DNA of 64,000 bases, taken from positions 20,732,560 through 20,796,559 of the forward strand of contig NC_134027.1 of the NCBI RefSeq assembly GCF_964204645.1. The letters are read 5' to 3'. The number at the start of each line of letters is the position of its first letter. The stretch's first letter is position 1. This document shows positions 1-10,234 of this stretch, in pieces. Made by a program: the position numbers and the translations under genes. Below the pieces are notes generated by a model that had not been told where the DNA came from, made no database searches, and worked only from the letters and a program-made list of their open reading frames with translations. This DNA is from Tubulanus polymorphus (lineage: Eukaryota; Animalia; Nemertea).

Positions 1-870
1 ACACCAATCAGTGAACTAAATCTAAAAGTGATTTTGAGAAAGATTTTTTCAAGTTAATGAATAATGCATTCTATGGTAAAACTTGTGAAAATATTAGAAA
101 TAGAAATGATATTGAGTTAGTTAGTAATGGTTAAAGAATTAAACATTTACAAACATATCCTAAATTTATTGGTAACAGAATATTTGATGACAATTTAGCT
201 GCTGTTAAAATGAGGAGAACAAGTATGGAATTTAATAAACCAATTTATGTTGGAGCATCAGTTTTAGAAATATCAAAATTATTAATGTATGAATTTTACT
301 ATAACGTATAACAACCTCATTTTGGAGAAAAACATAAATAAATATTATACTTCGATACTGGCAGTTACATGCTAAAAATCAAGACAAATAACATAACAGA
401 TAATTTAAATACATTAAAACATCATTTGATTTCAGTAACTATCCAAAAGATCGTGAATTGTTTAGTAACGAAAATAAAAATGTTCCTGGGAAGTTTAAGG
501 ATGAATTAGGTGGTGAAGAAATGATAGAGTTCATTGGAATTCGATCTAAAATGTATTGTTATTAAACCAAAACTCATGAATCTAAAAAATTGAAAGGTAT
601 TACAAAAAGCCTTATTGGAAAAAAACATTAATTTTAAACATTACATCAATTGTATATTTAATGAAAACATGAGATGAAATGTTTAAGATCCGAAGATCTT
701 GAAATGTTTATAGAAGAGATAGAAAAGGTTAGTTTGAATCCTTTCGATGATAAAAGATATATTTTTTAGATGACGGAATTCATATAGCCGCTTATGGTTG
801 CAATTTAGATGAATACTTAAAATTTAAAAGGGATGAAGAAAATGAAAATGAGATTATTAAAAGGATTATA
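1..870 (+). pseudogene. Polinton/Maverick (adintovirus) protein-primed DNA polymerase B, C-terminal part, decayed
   Basis: Translation near 48-105 gives [19 protein letters not shown] (PolB motif B). A YFDTGS (YxDTDS-like) motif lies near 350, followed by PGKFKDE and SLNPFDDKR. Several stops and frameshifts; very AT-rich. Confidence 0.9.
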
Positions 871-912
871 ACTGATGTTAATCGACTTTAATTCAATTTT
901 AATAGAAAATAT

Positions 913-1200
913 ATTTAATAAAATGAAGTCAAAACAATCACAAACTATAAATATTTTCTATAAGAAATGTTCAAAATGTGAATTAAGTAAGCCATTTACA
1001 GAATATTATAATCATCAATATTCTAAAGATGGATTACGAAGTAAACTATATATTAAACAATATCAAGCAAATAATCCAGAAAAATGTAATAAAAAAATTG
1101 ACGTTGGCGAGCTAAAAATCGTTAATGTTATAATGAACATCAATATAATTATAAAAAAGAAAGATATAAAAACCGATTTTAATTGTAAAATGAAACAATA
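913..1200 (+). pseudogene. Polinton accessory ORF with CxxC zinc-finger start (KKCSKCELSKPFTEYY...KDGLRS), interrupted by a MITE
   Basis: ORF 875-1264 contains the CxxC...K..DG motif seen in endonuclease-associated Zn fingers. Its 3' end runs into repeat sequence at ~1200. Confidence 0.5.
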
Positions 1201-1309
1201 TTTTTCTCGCGCGAGAAAAATAAAAAAACGGGCCACTGTGAAAATTTTTTCATCGTTGCTCTAGCCGTACAGAAAAACCTATTAGTATGGCCCGAATCAA
1301 CCACCATAG
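1196..1309. mobile_element. MITE fragment (family with TATGGTGGCTGATTCGGGCC termini)
   Basis: Ends in ...gtatggcccgaatcaaccaccatag and contains the ttttctcgcgcgagaaaa palindrome. Matches copies at 19.2-19.5, 50.05 and 62.6-62.9 kb. Confidence 0.75.
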
Positions 1310-1543
1310 ATAATACCAATTGATGATGAAAATAAATTATATAGTGATTTAAAAAATGATTACTTAGTTATGACCGAATTACAAAAATAGGTTGGATATG
1401 CTTCATTTCAATTGGGTGGAATAATGACATTAATTTCTACCGGAGTAATTACATTTTCTAATATCAAACCTATAGAATACAAAGATAAAAAGTCAGATAA
1501 TGTCGAAGAGATATTGAATCAGAACAAAAATTAACTAAAATAA

Positions 1544-1901
1544 ATGAGTGATGATATTAAGAAAAAGCCTAGATCTGAAAAACAAATTAAATGGGCCAAG
1601 GAATTAGGTAAAAATCTTCTAAGTTAAAAAGAGCCAAGAAAAAGAAATTAATTGATATAAATGAATCACAGAAATTATCTGACATTAATTCGAATGATAA
1701 TCCATCTAATTCTTCTAATACTGGAAGAAATAATAACTTGTATATTACAATTGGATTAATCACAGTAATTATATTCTCTGGTGTAATATGTAAATTTAAA
1801 TTTAATAATAATGATGATGATGATGATAAACCTATTATACCAGATAATAAATCAAATGATAAAATCATTGAAAATAAATCTAAATTATCATTAATGGATT
1901 A
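1544..1901 (+). pseudogene. Small Polinton ORF with one hydrophobic segment, frameshifted
   Basis: MSDDIKKKPRSEKQIKWAKELGK...YITIGLITVIIFSGVIC, located between pPolB and integrase. Confidence 0.4.
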
Positions 1902-1908
1902 AAATAAG

Positions 1909-2992
1909 ATGAAAAAAGAACAATATTTAAGAAATATATATTATATAACCCAGAGAGTGAAGTATCATATTCTAGTGTTTCAGAATTATGGGATAAAATA
2001 AAATTTGATAAGGAAAATATAATATAAAGTGAATTAAAATTATGGTTTCAAAATCAACCAACATATCAAATCCATAAGAAAATGGATAACAATTATTTAA
2101 TAAGAAAAGTTATGGTTTCACATGTTGATCAACAATGGCAAGCAGATTTGATAGATATGAAAAACTTAGAAGAATACATTAAAGGATATTTCTGGATATT
2201 AAATGTTATAGATATATTCAGTAGATACGCATGGAGTTTGCCAATCAAAAATAAAACTGGTGTAGAAGTTACTAATGCCTTTCAAATTAATATTCAAAGA
2301 GGCTATTCCACATAAGATACAATTTGATGAAGGTAAAGAATTTTATAAGAAACGTTTAAAAAAATATTACTTGATAACGATGTAGAGTATTTTCCAACAC
2401 ACTCAGATAAAAAAGCATCTTTCATAGAAAGATTTAATACAACATTGAAATCTAGAACGTGGAAATATTTTACTGCTAATGAAACATGTCAATATATCGA
2501 TGTATTAGATGATTTAGTGAAAGGTTATAATAATTCTAAACATTCAAGTATTGGTATGAAACCTATACAAGCTAGAAAAGAAGATAATTCAGAAATAGTT
2601 TGATATAACTTATATGGTGCGTTTGTTACACATGGTTTTGGAGCACCTAAACTTAAAATTGGACAACATGTAAGAATATCTAAATATCGAAAAACATCTA
2701 ATAAAGGTAATGCTACAAATTTTACTGAAGAAATATTTAGAATTAAAAAAATAATATCAACTAAACCATTTGTTTATATAAATTAGAAGATTTGAAAGAT
2801 GAAGAAATATAAGTTATTTTTTGGACAAGAATTATCACTTGTACCAAACCCAGATGATATAGAATACAAAATAGAAAAAAGTATTACAAACAAAATCGTT
2901 GCGTGGTAAGAAATATTCTTTGGTGAAATATAAAGGGTATGATGATAAATTTAATGAATGGATTATATCTAGTAAAATTAAAAGAATAAATG
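1909..2992 (+). pseudogene. Polinton retroviral-type (rve) integrase with C-terminal chromodomain, decayed
   Basis: QQWQADLIDM...LNVIDIFSRYAW, then QFDEGKEF and IERFN. The C-terminus resembles a chromodomain (EYKIEK...LVKYKGYDDKFNEWI). Multiple stops and frameshifts. Confidence 0.9.
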
Positions 2993-3444
2993 AATAAAGA
3001 ATTATTTATATTTGAACCACGTAATATGTGTTAGTAACTGGAGTAACCAACTGTGGTAAAACACATTTTATATTAGATTTATTAGAAACTATTTATAAGA
3101 ATGATTTTGATAACATAATATTATTTTGCCCTACTTATGAAATGAATAAAACATATAATAGGGATATAGTTAAGATAAAAAAGTTTATTATATTAGATCC
3201 TAAAACAGTAAAAGAAAATTTAGATAATTGTATAAAAATAGCATTAGATATTTATAAAGGATCAAATACATAATTTATCACAGATGATTGTGCTAATTTA
3301 CATGATTCAAAAGTTAGAGAATGTGATCTAGCTTTCTACCTACTGAATTACATGATGAATATATGAATAAATTAAAAAAATAATAAAGGTTCCAAATGAC
3401 TTCTGAGGCTTCAATTTCCCTATGAATATTATATTATGAAATAA
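2989..3444 (+). pseudogene. Polinton packaging ATPase (FtsK/A32-like), decayed and internally deleted
   Basis: Walker A GVTNCGKT; Walker B FITDDCA just after an in-frame stop at 3271; IILFCPT motif. Confidence 0.85.
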
Positions 3445-3695
3445 TAATAATAATAATCTTTATTTACATTGAAATTATAACATAATATAACATTCAGTTT
3501 TATACACAATTAGATAGATATATAAATATGTTATAAAAGTTATAATATCGATGAAGGTGCCCCAGAAGCGAAATGCTTGTAAAAAGGGTCACCTCAACAC
3601 ACTGTTACAATCACACAATCACATACACACTCACATTCATACAAAAGAAAAATCAATAATGTAATAAATGGCGAATAATTAGCTAAATCATATAG

Positions 3696-6600
3696 TTAGA
3701 GATTGTGGTATCTTAAGAATTTATATTCAAGTTCATGCAGAGATTTAGAAATTTGTAAACTGTTGGGAGGGTTTTGCCAAAGACTAGGTATTGAACGTAG
3801 AAATGAGTTATGAAATACATTTTTTCGGTGATAGGAAATTCGTGGAAAATTACGCTGTCGCGTATTATAGCAATGATATGATGAATTTCTTCTGAATAGA
3901 CAGATTATTTTGGTTGGAAGTTGGTTATTAATGAAAAGGTATGCATATTTTATTGATTCAAATTTAATTAGGTCATCAAATTTAAGAATTTTGAAGCCTT
4001 GGAATAAAGGATTTGATGGGCTGTTGTATTTTGTTTTGCCTATAATTCTAAGTCCCTTTTTCTGTAACTTTGTTATTCTATTATGATTTGATTTAGAAAT
4101 CAATGGAGCCCAGGCTATAAGAGAAAATGAGAGGTGAAAATGAATGTAACTATCATACAGTTGTTTAAGGCAAAGGGAAGGAACAATGTGTTTAATACAA
4201 TTCAGAAGGTATAAGTTACTAGAGACTTTTTTACAGATTTTATTAACATGTAAATTGAAATCTAAATGTTCATCTATCTCAAGACCTAGCGACGATGCCG
4301 ATGACGATAGATTAATGGTTTCATTGTTTACTCGAAGAGTGTATTGATCATTTTTGATTAAGATATTTCTATTGGGTTTGAATAATACTAATTTAGTCTT
4401 AGATAAATTTAACGTCAAATTGTTTGAACGAAACCAATCATATAAAATAGACATATCGTCACTCAATGATGTAAATAATTCTTGAATACATTTTCCCGTG
4501 ATGTATACAGTGGTGTCGTCTGCAAACAAAATAGAGTTACACTTTTTAAGGCAGAGATAAAGATCATTAGTATAAATCAAGAAAAGTAGAGATCCTAGCA
4601 CAGATCCTTGAGGGATTCCATAATTGACCGGTAGTTTACAAGAATTGGTATTTTTGAAATTTACACACATTTCTCTATTTTCTAAATAGCTTTTAAACCA
4701 AGACAATGCTGGACCTCTAATGCCATACACGTATAATTTATTTAATAAGTAACTAATATTAAGACAGTGAAAGGCTTTACTAAGGTCAATAAATGCTGCA
4801 AGTGTAAAAGAGTTATTTTCGAAGCCTGTGATTATATTGCCAATAAGTTCCATATTCGCATGTGTCGTCGAATGACCTGTCCTAAAGCCATATTGGCTAT
4901 TATATAGTATAGAATTCTTCCGTAGATAACCATACAAACGTTTGTGTACGATCTTTTCAAGTACTTTGGATATACATGGTAATAATGATATGGGTCGGTA
5001 GTTTGTGAACAAGGATTTGTTATCTTTTTTATAGAGAGGTGTTACATACTGTAGTTTAAAATTATCAGGAAAAATTCCGTTTACAAGTGATTTATTAAAA
5101 ATCTTAGTTAGGGGTTCTGCTATTTCAGCCCCAATGCGTTTTAGGAGTACACTATTTATTTTGTCATGTCCAGCAGACTGTTTTGGTTCTAAAGATACGA
5201 TCAATTTACACACTTCATTTACATTTGTAGGAAAAAGAAAAAGATGACAATTGTTCATCTTAGGCATATAATCCTTGTGACTCAAATTTGGTTTTGGCAG
5301 TTTTTTTAGACAATTCACTTCCAACAGTACTGAAATATTTACAAAATGCATTACTTATTGTTGATTTGTTTTTACATAATACGCCGTCTACATTAAAAAT
5401 ATCAGGGACACAGTCTTTATTATGAGATTTTCCCAACACATCTTTCATGGTAGCCCAGAGTTTACGGCTATTGTTTTTGAACTTTAGTAATTTATTACTA
5501 TAAAATTGCTGTTTTGCTGCCCTTTTAGCGGTGTTATAAGTATTTCTATAAGCCACATACAATTTATAGCGTGGGTGACTTTTATCTAAACCTATTATTG
5601 TCTTGTACAGGGAATTACATTTTCGAGCAGAATTTAAAAGGGTCTGTGTCATCCATGGTTCGCGAATGTTATGGTGTTTGAGTTTAACAATTTCTTCTGG
5701 TGCATAATAATCAATAATACGCGTTAGATTATCATTAAAGTACACGTATGCAGCATTAACATCTAGCTGATTTATCGGTGACCAATCGGTCGCCAAAATA
5801 GCACGGTTGATAAAATTTATATTTACATCTGTAATTTTTCTTCGCTTAAAGAAACGGGGATTTTCATTTACATGCGCGGTTTTATCAATTGAAACGAGGC
5901 AAGGCAGGTGATCTGACAAGTGGGATAGCAAAATACAAGAGTTAATACTTCCTTTAATATTAGAATCAACATATATATATTATCTATCAAAGTAGCAGTA
6001 TTTTTGGTTATACGAGTTGGGCGAATGATAGACGGATATAGACCATTAGTTAGATTAAAATCTAAAAATCTAGCCGTATTAGCATGATTATCAATTTTTA
6101 GAAAATCAAGATTTTGGTCAGTCCCAATCATGACACGCTTATTTTCATTCTTAACTTTCTCTACACAGATACTGTAATCATAAATGAAACTTATCTCACT
6201 TGTACCTGGTACACGGTATATCTCACCTACTACAATATTGTCATCTAACTCTATAAAACAGGACTCGAATTGACCAGATTTAAAAATACATAGATCGTTC
6301 CGCTCAGAAAAATGCAAATCATTATGTACATAAATGGCTACACCACCGCCCTGGCTATTTTCTCTGTGTTTTTCAACTAGACTATAACCAGGTATTTGAA
6401 CTTTACAAACATTGTCGTCACTAAGTAACGTTTCACATAATAGAATTAAGTGTAATTTACATGACTGCTGATTAAGGATACTAATAATATTTCTTAGATC
6501 TGTTATCTTACTACAGAGACTGTGTATATTAAGTTGAAGAATATTGAACTTAGAATCATCGAATTTGATCTTACTTATGTTATACATATCTATATAAGGA

Positions 6601-6710
6601 CAATCATTATTCAAGGGATAAGAGTCGATTAAGTCGTGATCTAGTAAGTAATCAGAATTATTCTGAATGACCTTGATACGGTCTGTTACATTTATATTAC
6701 CGATACACAT
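3696..6710 (-). pseudogene. LINE ORF2: APE endonuclease + reverse transcriptase, two frameshifts
   Basis: APE motifs LNIHSL, LCETLL, GGGVAIYV, TLIDNI, SDHLP. RT motifs NYRPISLL, FIDLSKAF, GIPQGSVLG, LFADDT. C-terminal HCYNTR. Split across ORFs 5868-6710, 5260-5931 and 3696-5351. Confidence 0.95.
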
Positions 6711-7184
6711 TGATATTTTATATAAAAAAGGATTAGATCCTATAATGATAGACAGAGATTGTCACGACCGAATGCGTTTCGTGTAACTCGGTAGGGTAAT
6801 TTATATCCTTCACTCTGCCGATATCTTTCATATTCTTTGATCCGTTACAATAATGGGTATTATATATTTGCTTGGTTCGATTTGTTAAACGCATTTCGCC
6901 ATAAGCCTGCGTGTGTACGCTCACGCAATGACGAGCGTGGTCGTGGTCGCGTCGTGGGGTAAGTTCGACATTTTTCTTACACTATATCCTTGATAGTTTG
7001 AGGGGTTTTCCTCTAGTATTTTTCTCGTATTTAACATTCTATAATAATGGAACAGTTAAATATTAGATATTCAGACGGAGTTGTAGTTGAATAGTTCTAT
7101 TAATTCTATAATTGTTTAATTTTTAGTGCAAGAATCTAGATATAAGATTCAGAAAGTATTGGCATTTGACTGTTAACTCATATA

Positions 7185-7187
<3 letters not shown>

Positions 7188-7244
<57 letters not shown>

Positions 7245-7274
7245 TGTGTGTATATATATGTATATATACATATA
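7188..7274. repeat. (TA)n microsatellite in the LINE inter-ORF spacer
   Basis: Direct reading of the sequence. Confidence 0.95.
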
Positions 7275-7788
7275 GATTGAAGACTTAATTTTGAGATTTT
7301 TATTTAATCTGAGTGAAGTGCATTAAATTTACATTATTGCATTTTTGGTAATTTCTGGAATTGTTTCCAGCTTATATTTTATAGTGTTTAGTGTACCATG
7401 GTATACTAGTTTCCGGCTGCAAGTGCCGGTCCGGTATCGACCCGTTATGGTGGGTACTCAACCGATATCGTAATCGTCGGCTGCCAGTGCCGCGTGTTTT
7501 GTTCGTTAGCTGCCAGTGCCGAATATCTTGTTCGTCGTCGGCTGCCAGTGCCGAGTGTCTAATTCATCGTCGTTCGTCGTTCGTCGGTAGCCAGTGCCGA
7601 GTATTCTTATTCTTCGTTGTACGAATTATGAATCCGATGTACATAGTGTAATAAATTCATATTCGTTTTTGAAATCCGGCTTCCGTATTTTTTGGTATTG
7701 AGGCATCCGGTCACATTACTCGTGACAGAGATCATCACTCTGTACTTGTCGCATATAGAAGAAATGTATATAATAAATAGGCTCATGT

Positions 7789-8666
7789 TTATTCTTGGAC
7801 ATTTGGCTTTTTGATGGTCTTTTCAGCAGAGGGAGGCGCCTCAGTAAGGGATCTGTCTTTACGTTTCTTTCCAGTGTTACCCGTCTGTGGTGTCGTACAG
7901 ACATCGCTTTCGCCGATTCCTTCAACTGCTTCGCAGAATTTCTTTATCAGAGCTAACTTTCCGGTTTCACTAAGATGGATGCCACTTCTATCGGTCACTG
8001 AATAATAATGATCGAGTACTTTGCCATAGGTCGACTTAAGAAATGTGTCATTGTCGATAAATGACATGTTATTCTTTAAACACAACTTTCCCATGTAACA
8101 ATTAATTTATGATACAGTGTTGTTGAAGTCTTTTACATTGTTGCTGCCGCCTTTTCTCGGAATGATGCTGGATAGATGTATCTGAGATTTTGGATAATGC
8201 TCAGCTGTCTTGGCTAATAATAATGAGTTCATTTTTACTGTATCAGGGTCATTTTTGTTTTGAGTGGCATCATTCGTGCCGAGATGAAGGATGACATCAC
8301 TGACTGATGACGCGGTCACTGTATTGTCAGCGGTATCGAGAAGCGAAGCGATGTTATCGCTGGATGCACCCGGCTGACAGATAACAAAGCCGGTAGGAAA
8401 TTCACTATTTCGGAGATTTGAGTCGCCTATCAAAAGAATGGACGATTCCTGGGAACTATTTACGGTAGTGCCGGGCGTTTTCTCGGTGTTATTCTCGGTG
8501 TCATTCATCGGACAATTGCGGGCTTTATGATCTAACGCGCCACATTTGAAACACTTAGGTGATTTTGACGGACAATCATATGAATTGTGATCATCACCTA
8601 GGCAATGCTGACAGCATATGCCCGAACAGTATATCCTTGCATTATATCCATTGATTTTTGTATATG
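7789..8666 (-). pseudogene. LINE ORF1 C-terminal part: two CCHC knuckles + SGNH/GDSL esterase
   Basis: Knuckles CQHCLGDDHNSYDC and CFKCGALDHKARNC read in frame into ORF 8107-8508. Esterase blocks LIGDSN, PGA, LHLGTND, then DRSGIHLS after a frameshift near 8100. Confidence 0.9.
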
Positions 8667-9781
8667 AATCAATGGTAGATCACAATATCCGTGATAAAAC
8701 GATACGAGTAAAATCCCACAATAAAAGAATTAGATGATAAAATGTTTATTTAAACATATAAGAAATATTTCGGGTGGTTACTACCACCCTTCTTCAGTCT
8801 AAAATGACTTGCCAAATACAGTATTAATACATGTAATATGAAATAGGACACGAATCGCTGCACATTACGTTATGGGGACTAGAGCACTGACATAACTTGA
8901 AAGAAGTTTATTATGGGGGCTGAAACCATTATTGAGGTTGACAGAACGATCGGAATGAGTAGTAATCAAAGCAGATTCAACTATATGTCGTTTAGTGCGA
9001 CTACTGTTGGGAAAGATAATATTGGCTCCAGAAAAATCAAAATTGTGTCCGGTAACCATAGAATGGGAGACTACCCCACTTTCTAATTTAACCCCATTAA
9101 ATACATCTCGTTTATGTTCTTTGATACGATCCTTAATATTCCTACCGGTTTCCCCAATGTAAAAAAGGTTACAATCAGAACAGTTGATTTTATAAACTCC
9201 ACAATGGACATTAGGGTTCAGATTGTTATTGGAGCAAAAATTAGAAATTTTGTTATTATACTTGAAAATTAAATCAGTATTCAAATGACGAAGAGCCGGT
9301 TTGAATTTGTCACGGCAAGGGACTAAAGGAACTATAATTTTGTTTTTTGGTTTAGGCGAATCAATAGGATTACGGGGTTGGGCAGGAGAGAAAAATACTT
9401 TTTTGGCTTTGTGAAGGGCTTTCACTAACATCTTGTCAGGGTATGCAAGTTTTTTGAAACTGGATTGAATATGTAAAATCTCATGATCTAAAAAGTTTTT
9501 ATCACAAATCCTATAAGCCTGAAGGAAAAAACCTTGAACAACGGCCACTTTAAGGTAAGTTGGAATGAACGAGAAGAAATGTAGGTAGGATGCACAGTTA
9601 GTAGGTTTACGAAAAACAGAGAAACCTAATCTCGAATTGAAATTATGTATGAGAACATCCAGAAAGGGCATTTTCCCGTCAACTTCCCACTCAAAGGTGA
9701 ACTTCAAGGAAGGATAAAGGGAATTGAGGTATGTCATAAATAATTCAAGGTTAAAATCAGTTGATACTAAACATAAAATGT
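8667..9781 (-). mobile_element. 5'-truncated Penelope-like element (RT C-terminus + GIY-YIG endonuclease) with 18-bp TSD
   Basis: ORF 8865-9737 has MPFLDVLI, VFRKPT and GVYKINCSDCNLFYIGETGR. It is flanked by identical cattgatttttgtatatg at 8649-8666 and 9782-9799. Confidence 0.93.
8761..8800 (-). ncRNA. Minimal type I hammerhead ribozyme (Penelope-associated)
   Basis: Minus strand reads AGA-CUGAAGA-A-GGGUGGU-AGUA-ACCACCC-GAAA-UA-UU-UCU. This gives the conserved core, a perfect 7-bp stem II, a vestigial palindromic stem III and a short stem I. Confidence 0.85.
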
Positions 9782-9799
9782 CATTGATTTTTGTATATG

Positions 9800-10234
9800 T
9801 TGATTTGACTGCTTCGATATTTTTTATTTCAGATATCTGGTTCCTGTAATATTGGTGTCTTTAATCGTGCCTTTCTTTAACGACCCTTGAACATATTCTC
9901 CAAATTTCGAGATAAAGTTTGAAATAGCAGTGTCGCTCATTTCTATGGGGACGTCAACCACTTTGACATTCATATAATTTGTATCGGCATCTGTAAGATC
10001 AAGTCGAGTACCATCCACATTTAATCCCGAAAGTTTTAAAGAAGTTTTACTTTCCTCGTCTATCGTTGTGATGATACAGTTTCTCGTAGTTATTTGAATA
10101 GATACGATTTTATCTATATCCAATTTTTGTCGTAAAGCTTCGATAACCTGCTGGTGCGAAAGTTTTTTTCCATCACGACTCTGCTCTCTTAAATCATACT
10201 TTACAGACCTTTCTCTTGATAATTCACTCATCAT
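9800..10234 (-). pseudogene. LINE ORF1 N-terminal RRM-like (ZCCHC3/Tx1-ORF1-like) region
   Basis: VKVVDVPIEMSDTAISNFISKFG...TGTRYLK. After a frameshift near 9825 it continues across the Penelope TSD into the knuckles. Confidence 0.8.

Noticed and set aside
1587-1868. Minus-strand 93-aa ORF
   Set aside because: Antisense shadow of the plus-strand Polinton ORF.
1-3444. Bacterial/phage contamination or an active virus
   Set aside because: Genes are riddled with stops and carry host MITE and LINE insertions, so this is an old endogenous element.
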